Below, piece by piece: positions 28,375 to 37,490 of a DNA stretch of 64,000 bases (positions are counted from its first letter, which is position 1; the number at the start of each line of letters is the position of its first letter). The notes under the pieces are model-generated. The model was given only the letters and a program-made list of their open reading frames with translations, made no database searches and was not told the origin of the DNA. Source of the DNA: a virus (Duplodnaviria > Caudoviricetes). Both the position numbers and the translations under genes were made by a program. The stretch covers positions 54 to 64,053 of IMG/VR virus record IMGVR_UViG_2895476258_000012; one strand, given 5' to 3'.

Positions 28375-28779
28375 TCAGTGCCACGCGGATATGTCGATGA
28401 CGTAACCCGGCAGCAGGCCCGTCGTTCGCAGGATCGACAAGGCGTCCTGCGCGTACCGGGGCGGCCCAGACTCGCCCGCGCCGCCCGCCCGGTCGAGCTT
28501 GACCGAGCCGATCGAGACCGACTTGAACGCAGAGGCGACGCCGTACGGATCGCCCACGGCGATCGTCCACGCCGCCTGCGCGCACGTCGCCCGCCGGATC
28601 GCTTCCCGGGTGTCGGCGTCGGCCGGCATCTCCGTCTCGTCGGTCTGGTAGACGGCGCCCATCAGGAGTTCGTCGATCCGTTCCGACGCTCGCGCGAGTA
28701 CTTGGTCGATGCCGTCCGGCGCGGCCTGCCCGGTGTAGGTGGCGTAGTCGGCGGCCGTGGCGTACACGAGCGCCGCCAT
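28375..28779 (-). CDS. Head-to-tail adaptor
   Basis: YATAADYATY...LARASERID...RRATCAQ...SVSIGSV. Confidence 0.8.
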   Translation of the reverse strand: MAALVYATAADYATYTGQAAPDGIDQVLARASERIDELLMGAVYQTDETEMPADADTREAIRRATCAQAAWTIAVGDPYGVASAFKSVSIGSVKLDRAGGAGESGPPRYAQDALSILRTTGLLPGYVIDISAWH

Positions 28780-28780
28780 G

Positions 28781-29128
28781 TCAGGCCGCCGGGAGGTCGA
28801 CGAGCTTCACCGACACGCCGGTCACGGCGCTGTAGTCGATGTTGACCTTGCCGTTGGGCTGGCGGTAGACCGGCTTGAACGGGCCGATCAGGAAGAACCC
28901 GGTGATCGCCGGGATGGTCACCTGCTTGTCCGGCACCGCCTGGCCCTCGATGAGGACGGGGATGTCGAACAGGAGCTGCTTGGCGGTGCCGTCCGTGTTC
29001 TTCGCGAACAGCACCATCCGGCCGTGGTCGGCGAACATGTGGCCGTCCACGTTCGCGGCCGTGAACCCCGTGGTGAGATCCACGCCCGACATCGACGACA
29101 TCACCGAAGTGAGGTCAGTCCTCGCCAT
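28781..29128 (-). CDS. Virion structural hypothetical protein (115 aa)
   Basis: Beta-rich ORF coupled within the head operon. Confidence 0.6.
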   Translation of the reverse strand: MARTDLTSVMSSMSGVDLTTGFTAANVDGHMFADHGRMVLFAKNTDGTAKQLLFDIPVLIEGQAVPDKQVTIPAITGFFLIGPFKPVYRQPNGKVNIDYSAVTGVSVKLVDLPAA

Positions 29129-29456
29129 CGTCGTCCCCCTCTCCGCCGAACTCCTCGATCAACGCCGCCTTGGAAAGCACCGCGGCGTCCTTACGCGGCA
29201 TGCCGCGCCTCATGGCGTAGGCGATCCACGCGGACTTGGGGGACGACGGGGACGGCCGGGGCATCGTGACCAGCCCCGCTCCGGCGTCTGGGTCGGGCTC
29301 GACGCCCGACTCGTCGGCCTCCACCGGCTCAGTGGACCCGGCTGGGGAGGCAATCAGTAGCCACACGGGCAGGTGGTCGAGCCGCACTGAACGCTCGGTG
29401 TACTCGACCACGTGACCGGTGCGCGTGTTCTTGTAGACCCACACGTCGGCGGACAT
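29115..29456 (-). CDS. Head-region hypothetical protein with a small C-terminal helical motif
   Basis: MSADVWVY...SPKSAWIAYA...LSKAALIE; ATGA overlap. Confidence 0.6.
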   Translation of the reverse strand: MSADVWVYKNTRTGHVVEYTERSVRLDHLPVWLLIASPAGSTEPVEADESGVEPDPDAGAGLVTMPRPSPSSPKSAWIAYAMRRGMPRKDAAVLSKAALIEEFGGEGDDDGED

Positions 29457-29809
29457 CAGTAGGCCGCGTCCTTGCGGATGTCGATCTGCACGATGATGTC
29501 GGTCGGCGTGCCACCGAGCGCGCCGACGACGGCCGCGAGCGTGTCGCCCTCGGCCAGCCGCACCGAAGCCGGCGCGGCCAGGGTGCCGGACGCCCAGGTG
29601 GAAGCGGCCGGGGTGGTGCCGTTCGCGGTGAGCATGTTGACGCCGTTCTTCGTCGCGTTGAACGGCGTGTCGGTGCCGCCGACGCGGTAGGCGCGCACCG
29701 CGACCACCCGGCACGGCACGGTCGCGCGCCACAGCACGTAGCTGCCCGCGGCGACCGTCGCGCCCTTGAGCGTCAGCGTCTTCTCGGTGATTCTCGGCTT
29801 GTAGGCCAT
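29456..29809 (-). CDS. Virion structural hypothetical protein (117 aa)
   Basis: Immediately downstream of the capsid gene. Confidence 0.6.
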   Translation of the reverse strand: MAYKPRITEKTLTLKGATVAAGSYVLWRATVPCRVVAVRAYRVGGTDTPFNATKNGVNMLTANGTTPAASTWASGTLAAPASVRLAEGDTLAAVVGALGGTPTDIIVQIDIRKDAAY

Positions 29810-29865
29810 GGATCAGTCCCCTTCGTGGAGGCGTGGGAAGAGCCGCGAGCGCGGCTCGCGGGTTC

Positions 29866-29883
29866 GCAAGCGGAATTGCTTAC
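29866..29883. promoter_or_regulatory. Operator variant GCAAGC-N6-GCTTAC overlapping the capsid stop codon
   Basis: GCAAGCggaattGCTTAC, next to hairpin GAGCCGC/GCGGCTC. Confidence 0.45.
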
Positions 29884-30803
29884 GGGACGTCGGGGCCCTT
29901 GACCAGCACGGCACGGTCCGGGTCCAGGGTCTTGGTGCCGTACAGGCAGTCGATCGAGATGATGTCCTGCTTGAGGTCGATGTCGTAATCCATGACCACG
30001 CGCAACGAGAAGCCCTTGTAGTTCGCGACCGTGGCGCGGGCCGCGCCTTGCGGCAGCACCAGGGGCCTCATCACCAACGCCAGCGCCGTCCGGTGGAACG
30101 CGAGGCCGACCTCGGTAGTGCTGGCGCCGGTGACCGGCGTGGGCACCTTGATGTTCTGCGTGCCATAGCTGTCGAACCCGAAGATCCGCTTGCCCAGCGA
30201 CGCCTCGCGCAGGCCGTCCGTGGTGCCGGAGGTGTCGGTCTGGTGGAACAGCGGGTCGGACAGCCAGTGAGCCTTCGTCTGCGGGCCGATCACCAGCGAC
30301 CGCTGCGACGGCGGCACGTTCCGCTCGTTGAGGACGCGGTCGGCGTCGATCGCGACCTGCGGGAACTGGTACTGGTGGATGTTCGTGGGGCCGGGGACGC
30401 CGACCTCCTGGAGGATATCGTCCCGAAGCGCCAGCAGGTCGTTGTCGATCTTCTGGCTGATCGCTTCCATTGCGGGCGTCAGGAACTGGACGCCGAAGTC
30501 CTCGACCTCCAAGGTCATCTCTTCCGAGGTCACGCAAAACGAGACGTCGGCCAGGTGGTTGAGCGTCACGGGGATGGCGCCCTCGACGGCGTTCTGAATG
30601 TTGATGCCGTTCTGCCTGTTGTACTCGTCGGCAGTGAAAACCGCAGGCTTCCTCACCGTCACGGTGTCGCCCTGCTTGCCGGCGAATTCGGTGTCCAGGT
30701 CCCTGTGGACCAGCATCGCCATCACACACGTCTCGTACAGCGTGGCGAGCGCCTGCTTGGCGATCAGGTCCGGGGTGAGCAGCGTGTTGTTGCCCAAAGG
30801 CAT
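29880..30803 (-). CDS. Major capsid protein (P22 coat-like)
   Basis: LTPDLIAKQAL...GDTVTVRKP...DIISIDCLYGTKTLDP. Confidence 0.9.
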   Translation of the reverse strand: MPLGNNTLLTPDLIAKQALATLYETCVMAMLVHRDLDTEFAGKQGDTVTVRKPAVFTADEYNRQNGINIQNAVEGAIPVTLNHLADVSFCVTSEEMTLEVEDFGVQFLTPAMEAISQKIDNDLLALRDDILQEVGVPGPTNIHQYQFPQVAIDADRVLNERNVPPSQRSLVIGPQTKAHWLSDPLFHQTDTSGTTDGLREASLGKRIFGFDSYGTQNIKVPTPVTGASTTEVGLAFHRTALALVMRPLVLPQGAARATVANYKGFSLRVVMDYDIDLKQDIISIDCLYGTKTLDPDRAVLVKGPDVP

Positions 30804-30814
30804 AGCTTTACCTC

Positions 30815-31591
30815 TTAGGTCTCATCCGACTTCTTGCGCCTACGGGCGCGGAAGTCATCGACGGTCAGTGATTCCTCGGGGCGTGCGCCGGTCCCGCCGG
30901 CGAAATCCCCTCCCGACTTCGCGGGCGGGCCTGCCGTCTGCGATGCCTTGAACTTCGGGTTGTCCTCCACCGCGCGCTTGATCACGTCGTCGATGGCTGC
31001 GGCGTCGTCCGGGTCGAGCTCCCGCACATTGCGCAAGAACGAACGGCTGTCGAGCAGGGCGTCGGGGTCCGCGCCGAACTTCGTCGAGGACCGGTGGATC
31101 GCCAGCTCAACCCGCACCCTGCGGTGCAAATCCCGCTCCGCGTCGCGCTCCTGCTCGGTGGTGGACTTCTCCGTGGTGAGCCGGTCGATCACGGTCTGCG
31201 GGTCGGGCGGCGTCTCTTCTGCCTCGACCAGGCCGAGCGCGCGAGCGATCTGCTGCGCCACCTCCTGCTGCGCCGTCTTGACCAGGTCCTCAGCGGACGG
31301 CCCGGTCGGCACGGCGTCGGCCTGCTTCTTCAGGTCCCCGAGCTGCGTCCGGAAGTCGGCCGCCTCGGCTCTCGTGTCCTTGATGAGCTTCTGCGCCCAG
31401 TTCGGCAGCTCATCGACGCGCTTGGCGTCCGGATTCACCGGCTGCGGCTCGGCAGGCACCTCGGGAGCTTCCGGCTCCTGCGGGGGCTGCTCGGGCATGG
31501 TCTCGGAGCCGCCCGCGACCACACGGATCGCCCGGCCGTCCCTGCGGTAGCCGATCACCGCGCCTGGCGTGGTCGGCAGAGATTCGTGCAT
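30815..31591 (-). CDS. Capsid scaffolding protein
   Basis: LRAEAA-like TRAEAADFR coiled coil, DPDALLDSRSF, SGGDF; directly before the capsid; RBS GGAGGG. Confidence 0.85.
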   Translation of the reverse strand: MHESLPTTPGAVIGYRRDGRAIRVVAGGSETMPEQPPQEPEAPEVPAEPQPVNPDAKRVDELPNWAQKLIKDTRAEAADFRTQLGDLKKQADAVPTGPSAEDLVKTAQQEVAQQIARALGLVEAEETPPDPQTVIDRLTTEKSTTEQERDAERDLHRRVRVELAIHRSSTKFGADPDALLDSRSFLRNVRELDPDDAAAIDDVIKRAVEDNPKFKASQTAGPPAKSGGDFAGGTGARPEESLTVDDFRARRRKKSDET

Positions 31592-31625
31592 CACGACAAG
31601 GCCCTCCTGGAGCCGGACATGAAAA

Positions 31626-31693
31626 GAGCCCGCGCCTGGCGGGCTCCAACGAGGTTTGCCTATACGAGAAAGGCCCGCACCTGGCGGGCCTTT
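31626..31693 (-). promoter_or_regulatory. Twin hairpins with CAGG(C/T) loops upstream of the scaffold gene
   Basis: GAGCCCGC/GCGGGCTC and AAAGGCCCGC/GCGGGCCTTT stems. Confidence 0.45.
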
Positions 31694-31726
31694 GAAAGAT
31701 CAGCTATGGGGCGTTGTACTGGCCGG

Positions 31727-32014
31727 TCAGTAGACGGTGCCGGGTGGCGCGTCCGGATCGGGCTCCGGCATCGGCACTCGTGGCGGATCGCCCGACACCT
31801 CGGCCGCGGCGATCACGCCCACGGCTCGCAGGTAGACGGCCACCTCGTCGTCGGGGCCGGTCGGCGTGTAGTACGGGCCGGTCGGCGTCAACGGCTGCGG
31901 CTGGTCGAGCCTCACCACCATGTCCGCCCACGTGTCCGGGTCGGACGTCCAGTCCGACCCGTCGTAGGCGACCCACCGGCCCGCCATGGTCCGCGAATCC
32001 ACACGCCACGCCAT
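31727..32014 (-). CDS. Small acidic protein, candidate immunity partner
   Basis: Coupled directly behind the MuF-type gene. Confidence 0.5.
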   Translation of the reverse strand: MAWRVDSRTMAGRWVAYDGSDWTSDPDTWADMVVRLDQPQPLTPTGPYYTPTGPDDEVAVYLRAVGVIAAAEVSGDPPRVPMPEPDPDAPPGTVY

Positions 32015-34680
32015 CAGAGCACCCCCAGCAGGCCGAGCACGAACCGCTGCAACTCAATGCCGCCGAACCGCTCGCTGCTCCGAGCGAAAACATCCTGCAA
32101 CCCCACCTGGAACACCTCGCTCGACACGCCCGCTGGATCATCCGGCTTTGCCGACTCGTAGGTCTTGCCAGCGTAGGCGTCCGCCCACTCGTCGCGATAG
32201 GTGACCTCGTCGCTGGCATAGGAGCTGTACGCGTGGAGCTTCTTCAGCTGTTCCCGCTTCTCCAGCGTGCCGTTGCTGGTTGCGCGGCGGCGTACGAAGG
32301 TGTACTCCAACTCACGCAGGCCCGGCACGTAATCCTCCATCCGGTGGCCCAGCTCGTGCAGGAACACCTCAGCGTCCTCGGAACTGAACGCACCGTCGTT
32401 ATCGCCCGCATTTGACGGAAGCGCGATCAGGTCGTCCACCGCCCGCTGGAATGCCCGCCCAGTACGAGAGTTGCCCAGCCACAGTGGCCGGCCGACTGTG
32501 CGGCGGATCCAGTCGGAGGGCAAGTTCGGCAGCGCTTCAGCCAGCAGACTCGTCCAGTCGTCCCGCACCTTGCTCACCCGCGCCGACAGGAGTCCACTTC
32601 CCGACAACGGCTTGGCTTCCATCCGGCCGCCCATACCACGCACCCGCGCAAGCAGGTCACGCACCAGCTCGGCCTCGCGCCGCCGCAGCTCGCGCAGCGC
32701 GTCATGGTGATCCGCAAGCGCGGCATCGCGCTCCCGCATGAGCCGTTCACGCTGGCCATACAGCTCATCCAGGCGCTTATCGCGTTCGTGGACGCCCGGC
32801 TCGCTGCGGGGCACCGCCTCCACCCGCTTTACCTCGCCCCTCGCCCGGTTGAGCTCGTCGTCAAGCTCGTACTGCCGCGTTCGCGCTCGGATCTGCCGCG
32901 CCCTCAGTTCGTCACGGCGCTGATCGCGGGTGAAGGCGTCCATCAGGTCGTCATGCAGCGCCTCGCCCGCCTCCATCACCCGGTCGAGGAACGTCTCATA
33001 CGACTCGGGCGGCAGAAGGGCGCCGTTGGCGTCCTTCCGATACTGGAGGGTCCGGTACGGCCCGACGTCCTGAAGGTTCCGCTCGTCGCCCGGGAGGATC
33101 TGACCGGCCGCGAACCTCGCCGCCGCACTCTGTCTAGCCTTCAACGCGTCCTGCCACACCGCGATGTCGCTCTTGACCTTCTTCGTCTGACGCTTGGCTC
33201 GCAGCTCGACCAGCTTCTTTTCAGCGTCAGCGATGAGGTGGTCGATGCGCCGCCGCTTCGTCTCATCGGCACTGCTTCGAGCGTCCAGCCACGCGTCCCG
33301 CTCCACCGGCAGCTCGCGCCGCGCCCTGTTGATCCGGTCAGCGGCATCCTGCGACAGCATGCCGCCCGCGTGAACAGCAGCACGGCCCGCTCCGGGCTGC
33401 GGCTTCGCCGCCGCAGGAGTTGGCTCGTCTCCACGCGGCGGCTGGCCGCCCGTAGGTGGGGCCGGCGTCGGATCGGGCTTCGGTTCCGGCGCGGTGAACG
33501 GCTCGCGCGGCGGCTCGCCGCGCCGGACCTGCTCGCGGTCCTTCTTCCGCCGCAGACCCTTCTCGGCCAGATGCTGTTGAAGCTTCTCCTGCGCGGCCTT
33601 GGACTTCTCCTCAGCGAACCGGCGCGAACGGGCGTCGGTCGCGACCGCACGCTTGCGCTTCCAGCCGCGGATTTCCCGTTCCAGGCGGCGCTGCGTCTGC
33701 GTGTCCCGATAGGTGGCAGTCACGTCCGGCTTCGGCGCCGGCCTGGTCACGCCCGGCAGGTAGGCGCCGAACCCGTGATGGCAGCCGGGATGGTTCAGAC
33801 CGGCGGCACGGGCCTGCGGCACCGTCGCCCGGACGTTGACCTCAACCATCTCGCCGTCGTTGATCGTGTGCTCCAGCCGGTGAACGCCCGGCTGGCCCTG
33901 CTGGGCCAGGACCTCGCCCTCCCACGGCAGACAGATCGGGCACGAGTAGAGCGCGTTCGACACCATTACCAGGTCAAGTCCCGCATCGCGCAGCGTCGCC
34001 AGGTGTCCGTCGCGGGCGGCTCGCGCCGTGGCGGTGCGGATCGCCATCTCGGCGTACTCCCGCATCCCCCACGAACGGTTGGCGCTGTCCGTGAAGCCCT
34101 TCACACCCTTGCCGGCGAACCGGTCCAGCGCCCGCGCCACCACCTGGCGGAACGTCAGCGCCCCCGTCAGTTCCGACCCGGACGCGAACGCCACGACCTG
34201 CCGGTAAACGTCGTCGACGCCGCGCAACGCGCCCACCTGAACGTCATCCAGCATGGTCGCCATCTGCCGGGCCAGCTCGTTCACCCCGCTGCCGGGGTTG
34301 ACCTGGTCTTTCGCGCCGAGCTTGCGGGCGTCCGCGAGGACCTTCTCCAGCCGCTTGCGCGCCTTGCTGTCGGCGAGCTGCGCGGCGGCTTCGGCTTCGG
34401 CGGCGTCCATCCCGTCGCGGTAGGCGTCCTGCACGGCCTGCGTCGCGGCCTTCTTCGCCGCCTCCATGCGGCGGAGGATCGCGGCGGCCTGCTTGCGGAG
34501 CTGCTGGATTTCGCCCAGCCGCTTGGTCGCCCACGTCTCGGTGTCCTCGACGTCGACACCGCGCGCCACTTGGCGGGCGATCGCCTCCAGCAGGTCGAGC
34601 TCCGCCTGTTCGTACATGTCGGCCACCAGACGGGCCTGCTCGATCGCCCGCTCGACAGCCTCAACGCCCGAGTCCGCCAC
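32014..34680 (-). CDS. Phage minor capsid (MuF2-like) protein with C-terminal HExxH extension
   Basis: YAEMAIRTATARA..GH, CPICLPWEG, GLNHPGCHH, QRRLEREIRGWKR; C-terminal FLHELGH...SEVFQVG. Confidence 0.85.
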   Translation of the reverse strand: MADSGVEAVERAIEQARLVADMYEQAELDLLEAIARQVARGVDVEDTETWATKRLGEIQQLRKQAAAILRRMEAAKKAATQAVQDAYRDGMDAAEAEAAAQLADSKARKRLEKVLADARKLGAKDQVNPGSGVNELARQMATMLDDVQVGALRGVDDVYRQVVAFASGSELTGALTFRQVVARALDRFAGKGVKGFTDSANRSWGMREYAEMAIRTATARAARDGHLATLRDAGLDLVMVSNALYSCPICLPWEGEVLAQQGQPGVHRLEHTINDGEMVEVNVRATVPQARAAGLNHPGCHHGFGAYLPGVTRPAPKPDVTATYRDTQTQRRLEREIRGWKRKRAVATDARSRRFAEEKSKAAQEKLQQHLAEKGLRRKKDREQVRRGEPPREPFTAPEPKPDPTPAPPTGGQPPRGDEPTPAAAKPQPGAGRAAVHAGGMLSQDAADRINRARRELPVERDAWLDARSSADETKRRRIDHLIADAEKKLVELRAKRQTKKVKSDIAVWQDALKARQSAAARFAAGQILPGDERNLQDVGPYRTLQYRKDANGALLPPESYETFLDRVMEAGEALHDDLMDAFTRDQRRDELRARQIRARTRQYELDDELNRARGEVKRVEAVPRSEPGVHERDKRLDELYGQRERLMRERDAALADHHDALRELRRREAELVRDLLARVRGMGGRMEAKPLSGSGLLSARVSKVRDDWTSLLAEALPNLPSDWIRRTVGRPLWLGNSRTGRAFQRAVDDLIALPSNAGDNDGAFSSEDAEVFLHELGHRMEDYVPGLRELEYTFVRRRATSNGTLEKREQLKKLHAYSSYASDEVTYRDEWADAYAGKTYESAKPDDPAGVSSEVFQVGLQDVFARSSERFGGIELQRFVLGLLGVL

Positions 34681-34718
34681 CGCTCCCCCTTCGGGTCACG
34701 TTGGCAATACGGCATGTG

Positions 34719-36293
34719 TCAGGCTGCGTCGTCCAACTCGTCAGGCACGTACGTCTCCGACAACTCCGTGGGGTCGGCCACGGTGATGGCCATCTCGTCC
34801 TTCAGCTTCTGCACTTCGGCCCGCACCTGCGGGTCCTCCCACTCGGGATGCAGCATCCGCACGCGAGTCTCGACGCTGGCCGCCTGGGCCCGGTTCAACA
34901 TGTCGAGCGTTCGACTGATCGCTTCGGGGTCGGGCATGACGCCGTCCGGCCACTCGACGGTGGCGCGTTCGCTCACCACCTTGGTTCCGTAGATCGCGTG
35001 ATCGACGGCCAGCAGGCATTCGGTCAGCCACGCCAGGCACGGCGTCCAATACCCGATCTTGCGACCGCGCGTGGTGTACGACTTGTGCCGCCGCATGTGG
35101 ATTTCGGTCGCCGTCGCCGCCTGGCCGCTGCCGTCGTCCTCGCCGAAGCTTTGGACGCTGTATCCGGCGCCCCTCAAGATCTGCGCGGTGAGGCTTTTCG
35201 CCGTTTCCCTATGCTCTTGGACGCGGATCTCGAACTGGGAAATGGTCAGCTCAGCCGCCCCGGAACCGCCCGGAGGCGGCAGCATCGCGAGCCCCGAGTA
35301 GATTTCGCGGTCGGGGTCGAATGCCGCGCCCCGGCCGCGGCCAGTGTTCTGCAAGTAGACCTCGGGGACCACGATCCTGCCCTTGCCCAAGCGAAGATCG
35401 CGCATCCAGGACGTCATGGTCTCGTCGAGCGCATCCATGATCGGCTCAACGCCAGCGTAATCACTGCGGCCCAGACTCGTGCCGCGCAAGGTCCGGTGAG
35501 GCCTCATGTTGGGCACGTAGCCGACCAGCAGCCCCTTGTCGTAGCCCGAGTCGAAGCCGCCCGCCTCGTCCACGATCGCGGCGAACCCCTCGGTCGCCGG
35601 ATGGTCCGTCAGCGGAACCTGCCGCCCCAGATGGTCGTGATCACCCCGATAGAGGCCGTGATAGACCCTGCCCACCTCATGCTTTTCGAGGTGCCGCCAC
35701 ACTTCCTTGCCGTCCTCGTGGACGATCCGCCAGAACGTGACCGCCTTCAACCGTCCCGAGCTGAACTCGGGCACCCCGGCGTCGGCGGGAAGCACGTCCA
35801 CGATCGGGAAGTCGTGCATCTCCGTGTCCCAGCCGACCCTGAGGAAGACTCCGCCGTACGCGGCGGCCAGCTCGGCGGCCTCCAGCCAGATGCCGTACAC
35901 GCCTGCTTCGGCGAGGATCTTCTCCAGCCGTGCCTGGCCCTTTTTGCCGTTGACGCGGAGAGTGGGTGGCTCGCTGAACAACAAGTCGGCGGACGTCGCC
36001 GCGATGTCGGACGCGATCGGAACGTGGATCTTCGTCGAGCGGTTCTGCGTGGCCGGCGTCTTCGTCCCCCAAAACCAGCGGGTCGCCCGCTGCCACCAGC
36101 CGCCGCCCAAAATGGGGCGGTCCCAGCCCTTCGGGTCCAGGCCGATACCCGGCACGTTCCCGCCGCCGTACACCTCGGTCAGCCGATCCGGGTCGCCCGC
36201 ATACCAGGCGCCATGAACCCCGTAGAGCTTCATCTCAGCCTTGGTGTGCGGCGGCGGCCACTCCTGATCAGACGTAGGGAGCGGCATGGTCAC
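34719..36293 (-). CDS. Portal protein (SPP1-like)
   Basis: HVPIASDIAATSADLLFSEPP, LGRSDY, DALDETMTSWMRDLRLGK, ATATEI, VRMLHPEW. Confidence 0.9.
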   Translation of the reverse strand: MTMPLPTSDQEWPPPHTKAEMKLYGVHGAWYAGDPDRLTEVYGGGNVPGIGLDPKGWDRPILGGGWWQRATRWFWGTKTPATQNRSTKIHVPIASDIAATSADLLFSEPPTLRVNGKKGQARLEKILAEAGVYGIWLEAAELAAAYGGVFLRVGWDTEMHDFPIVDVLPADAGVPEFSSGRLKAVTFWRIVHEDGKEVWRHLEKHEVGRVYHGLYRGDHDHLGRQVPLTDHPATEGFAAIVDEAGGFDSGYDKGLLVGYVPNMRPHRTLRGTSLGRSDYAGVEPIMDALDETMTSWMRDLRLGKGRIVVPEVYLQNTGRGRGAAFDPDREIYSGLAMLPPPGGSGAAELTISQFEIRVQEHRETAKSLTAQILRGAGYSVQSFGEDDGSGQAATATEIHMRRHKSYTTRGRKIGYWTPCLAWLTECLLAVDHAIYGTKVVSERATVEWPDGVMPDPEAISRTLDMLNRAQAASVETRVRMLHPEWEDPQVRAEVQKLKDEMAITVADPTELSETYVPDELDDAA

Positions 36294-36296
36294 ACC

Positions 36297-36473
36297 TCAC
36301 GAATCATCTCGTCCGGCCAACACCACGGCGATCCCGATCCACGAGTCGGCCAGCGACTCCACGCGTTCCATCCGTGCCAGATCCGGCTCCAGCTCGGCAT
36401 TCATCAGCAGTCGGGCCGCGTTGATCACGGCCTCGTTGAACGTCACATTCACGCGCTCTCCCGGACCGGTCAT
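36297..36473 (-). CDS. Hypothetical protein (58 aa)
   Basis: ATGA-coupled short ORF before the portal. Confidence 0.45.
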   Translation of the reverse strand: MTGPGERVNVTFNEAVINAARLLMNAELEPDLARMERVESLADSWIGIAVVLAGRDDS

Positions 36474-36760
36474 GTGATCGGCACCAGCCCAGACGGCAGA
36501 ACCGGCCGCTCGACCGCGCCCGTGATCCGCACCCACGCCATGTAGGTGCCGTCCGTCAACGTCACCGTCCCGCCCGGCCCGATGAGGATGCGGGCAGTCG
36601 CTCCCTTGCCGGTGGCGTTGATCCACTCCGCCAGGTGCCAGTTGGGCTCGGCGGGTTCGGCACCGGGAACGGTGAAAGCGATCTCCACCGTCTCCGTGCC
36701 CGCTGGCCCTTCAACGGGGATGTAGAGGTAAGGGCGGCTGAGAGACGAGATTGGTTCCAC
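36470..36760 (-). CDS. Hypothetical protein (96 aa, beta-rich)
   Basis: Coupled ORF; LTDGTYMAWVRITGAVERPV. Confidence 0.6.
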   Translation of the reverse strand: MEPISSLSRPYLYIPVEGPAGTETVEIAFTVPGAEPAEPNWHLAEWINATGKGATARILIGPGGTVTLTDGTYMAWVRITGAVERPVLPSGLVPIT

Positions 36761-36772
36761 GATGCTCCTCTC

Positions 36773-37483
36773 TCATGGCTGGGTGGTGGGACGGGCCGCC
36801 GACCATCGCGTGTGCGGCGATGACCTGGCCCAGGTCGTGTAGGGCGGCGAAGTCGTCCAGGCGACGAATGGTTTACCGGCGCGCAGGGGCGGCGTCCGCC
36901 GCAGCACCACCCGGGCGGTGCCCGTTTCGACGGCACGGCCGAGCACCCGGCGCTTCGTCGCCGACACCGCAAGTGCGACGTCGGCAGCGTTCGCGCGGGA
37001 CAGCTGCACGGCCCGCGCGAAGGTGACCAGCCGGGACTGGCCGCTGTCCTGCGCGCGTGCCAGCGAGCGGATCTTGACGGCGCGGAACGGCCGCGCGTGG
37101 TCGAGTTCGGCGACACGCGACACCTGCGCCTTGCTGCGCATCACTGCCGCGGTATCGACCTCGGCGGCCAGGCCGGCCAACCGGGTCTTGCGCCTGCCGA
37201 GTTGCAGCGCCGCGTCCGAGGCGACGACGCGCAGCAGAACGCCAACCTTGGCGGGCTGCAGCGGCGGCACCTGCTCGATGTCGACGACCTGCGCAATCGT
37301 CTGGATCTTGACCGCCGTCAGCGGCCGGGCCGCGCCGCTCTCACCCGCCCGGACAGCGGTCCGGGCGCGCGCTATGCCGAAGGGTAGCGCCTGGTCCGTC
37401 TCGAAGAGGATGGGCAGGCTCTCGCCGCGGCGGGTGCGGACCTGGACGGCCCGGTTCGGATAGCCGCGCCCTGCTCTGGCCAT
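36773..37483 (-). CDS. Hypothetical protein with internal repeats (~236 aa)
   Basis: MARAGRGYP start; repeated K.R.LG...E.D.A.P units. Confidence 0.55.
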   Translation of the reverse strand: MARAGRGYPNRAVQVRTRRGESLPILFETDQALPFGIARARTAVRAGESGAARPLTAVKIQTIAQVVDIEQVPPLQPAKVGVLLRVVASDAALQLGRRKTRLAGLAAEVDTAAVMRSKAQVSRVAELDHARPFRAVKIRSLARAQDSGQSRLVTFARAVQLSRANAADVALAVSATKRRVLGRAVETGTARVVLRRTPPLRAGKPFVAWTTSPPYTTWARSSPHTRWSAARPTTQP

Positions 37484-37490
37484 GGGCGTC

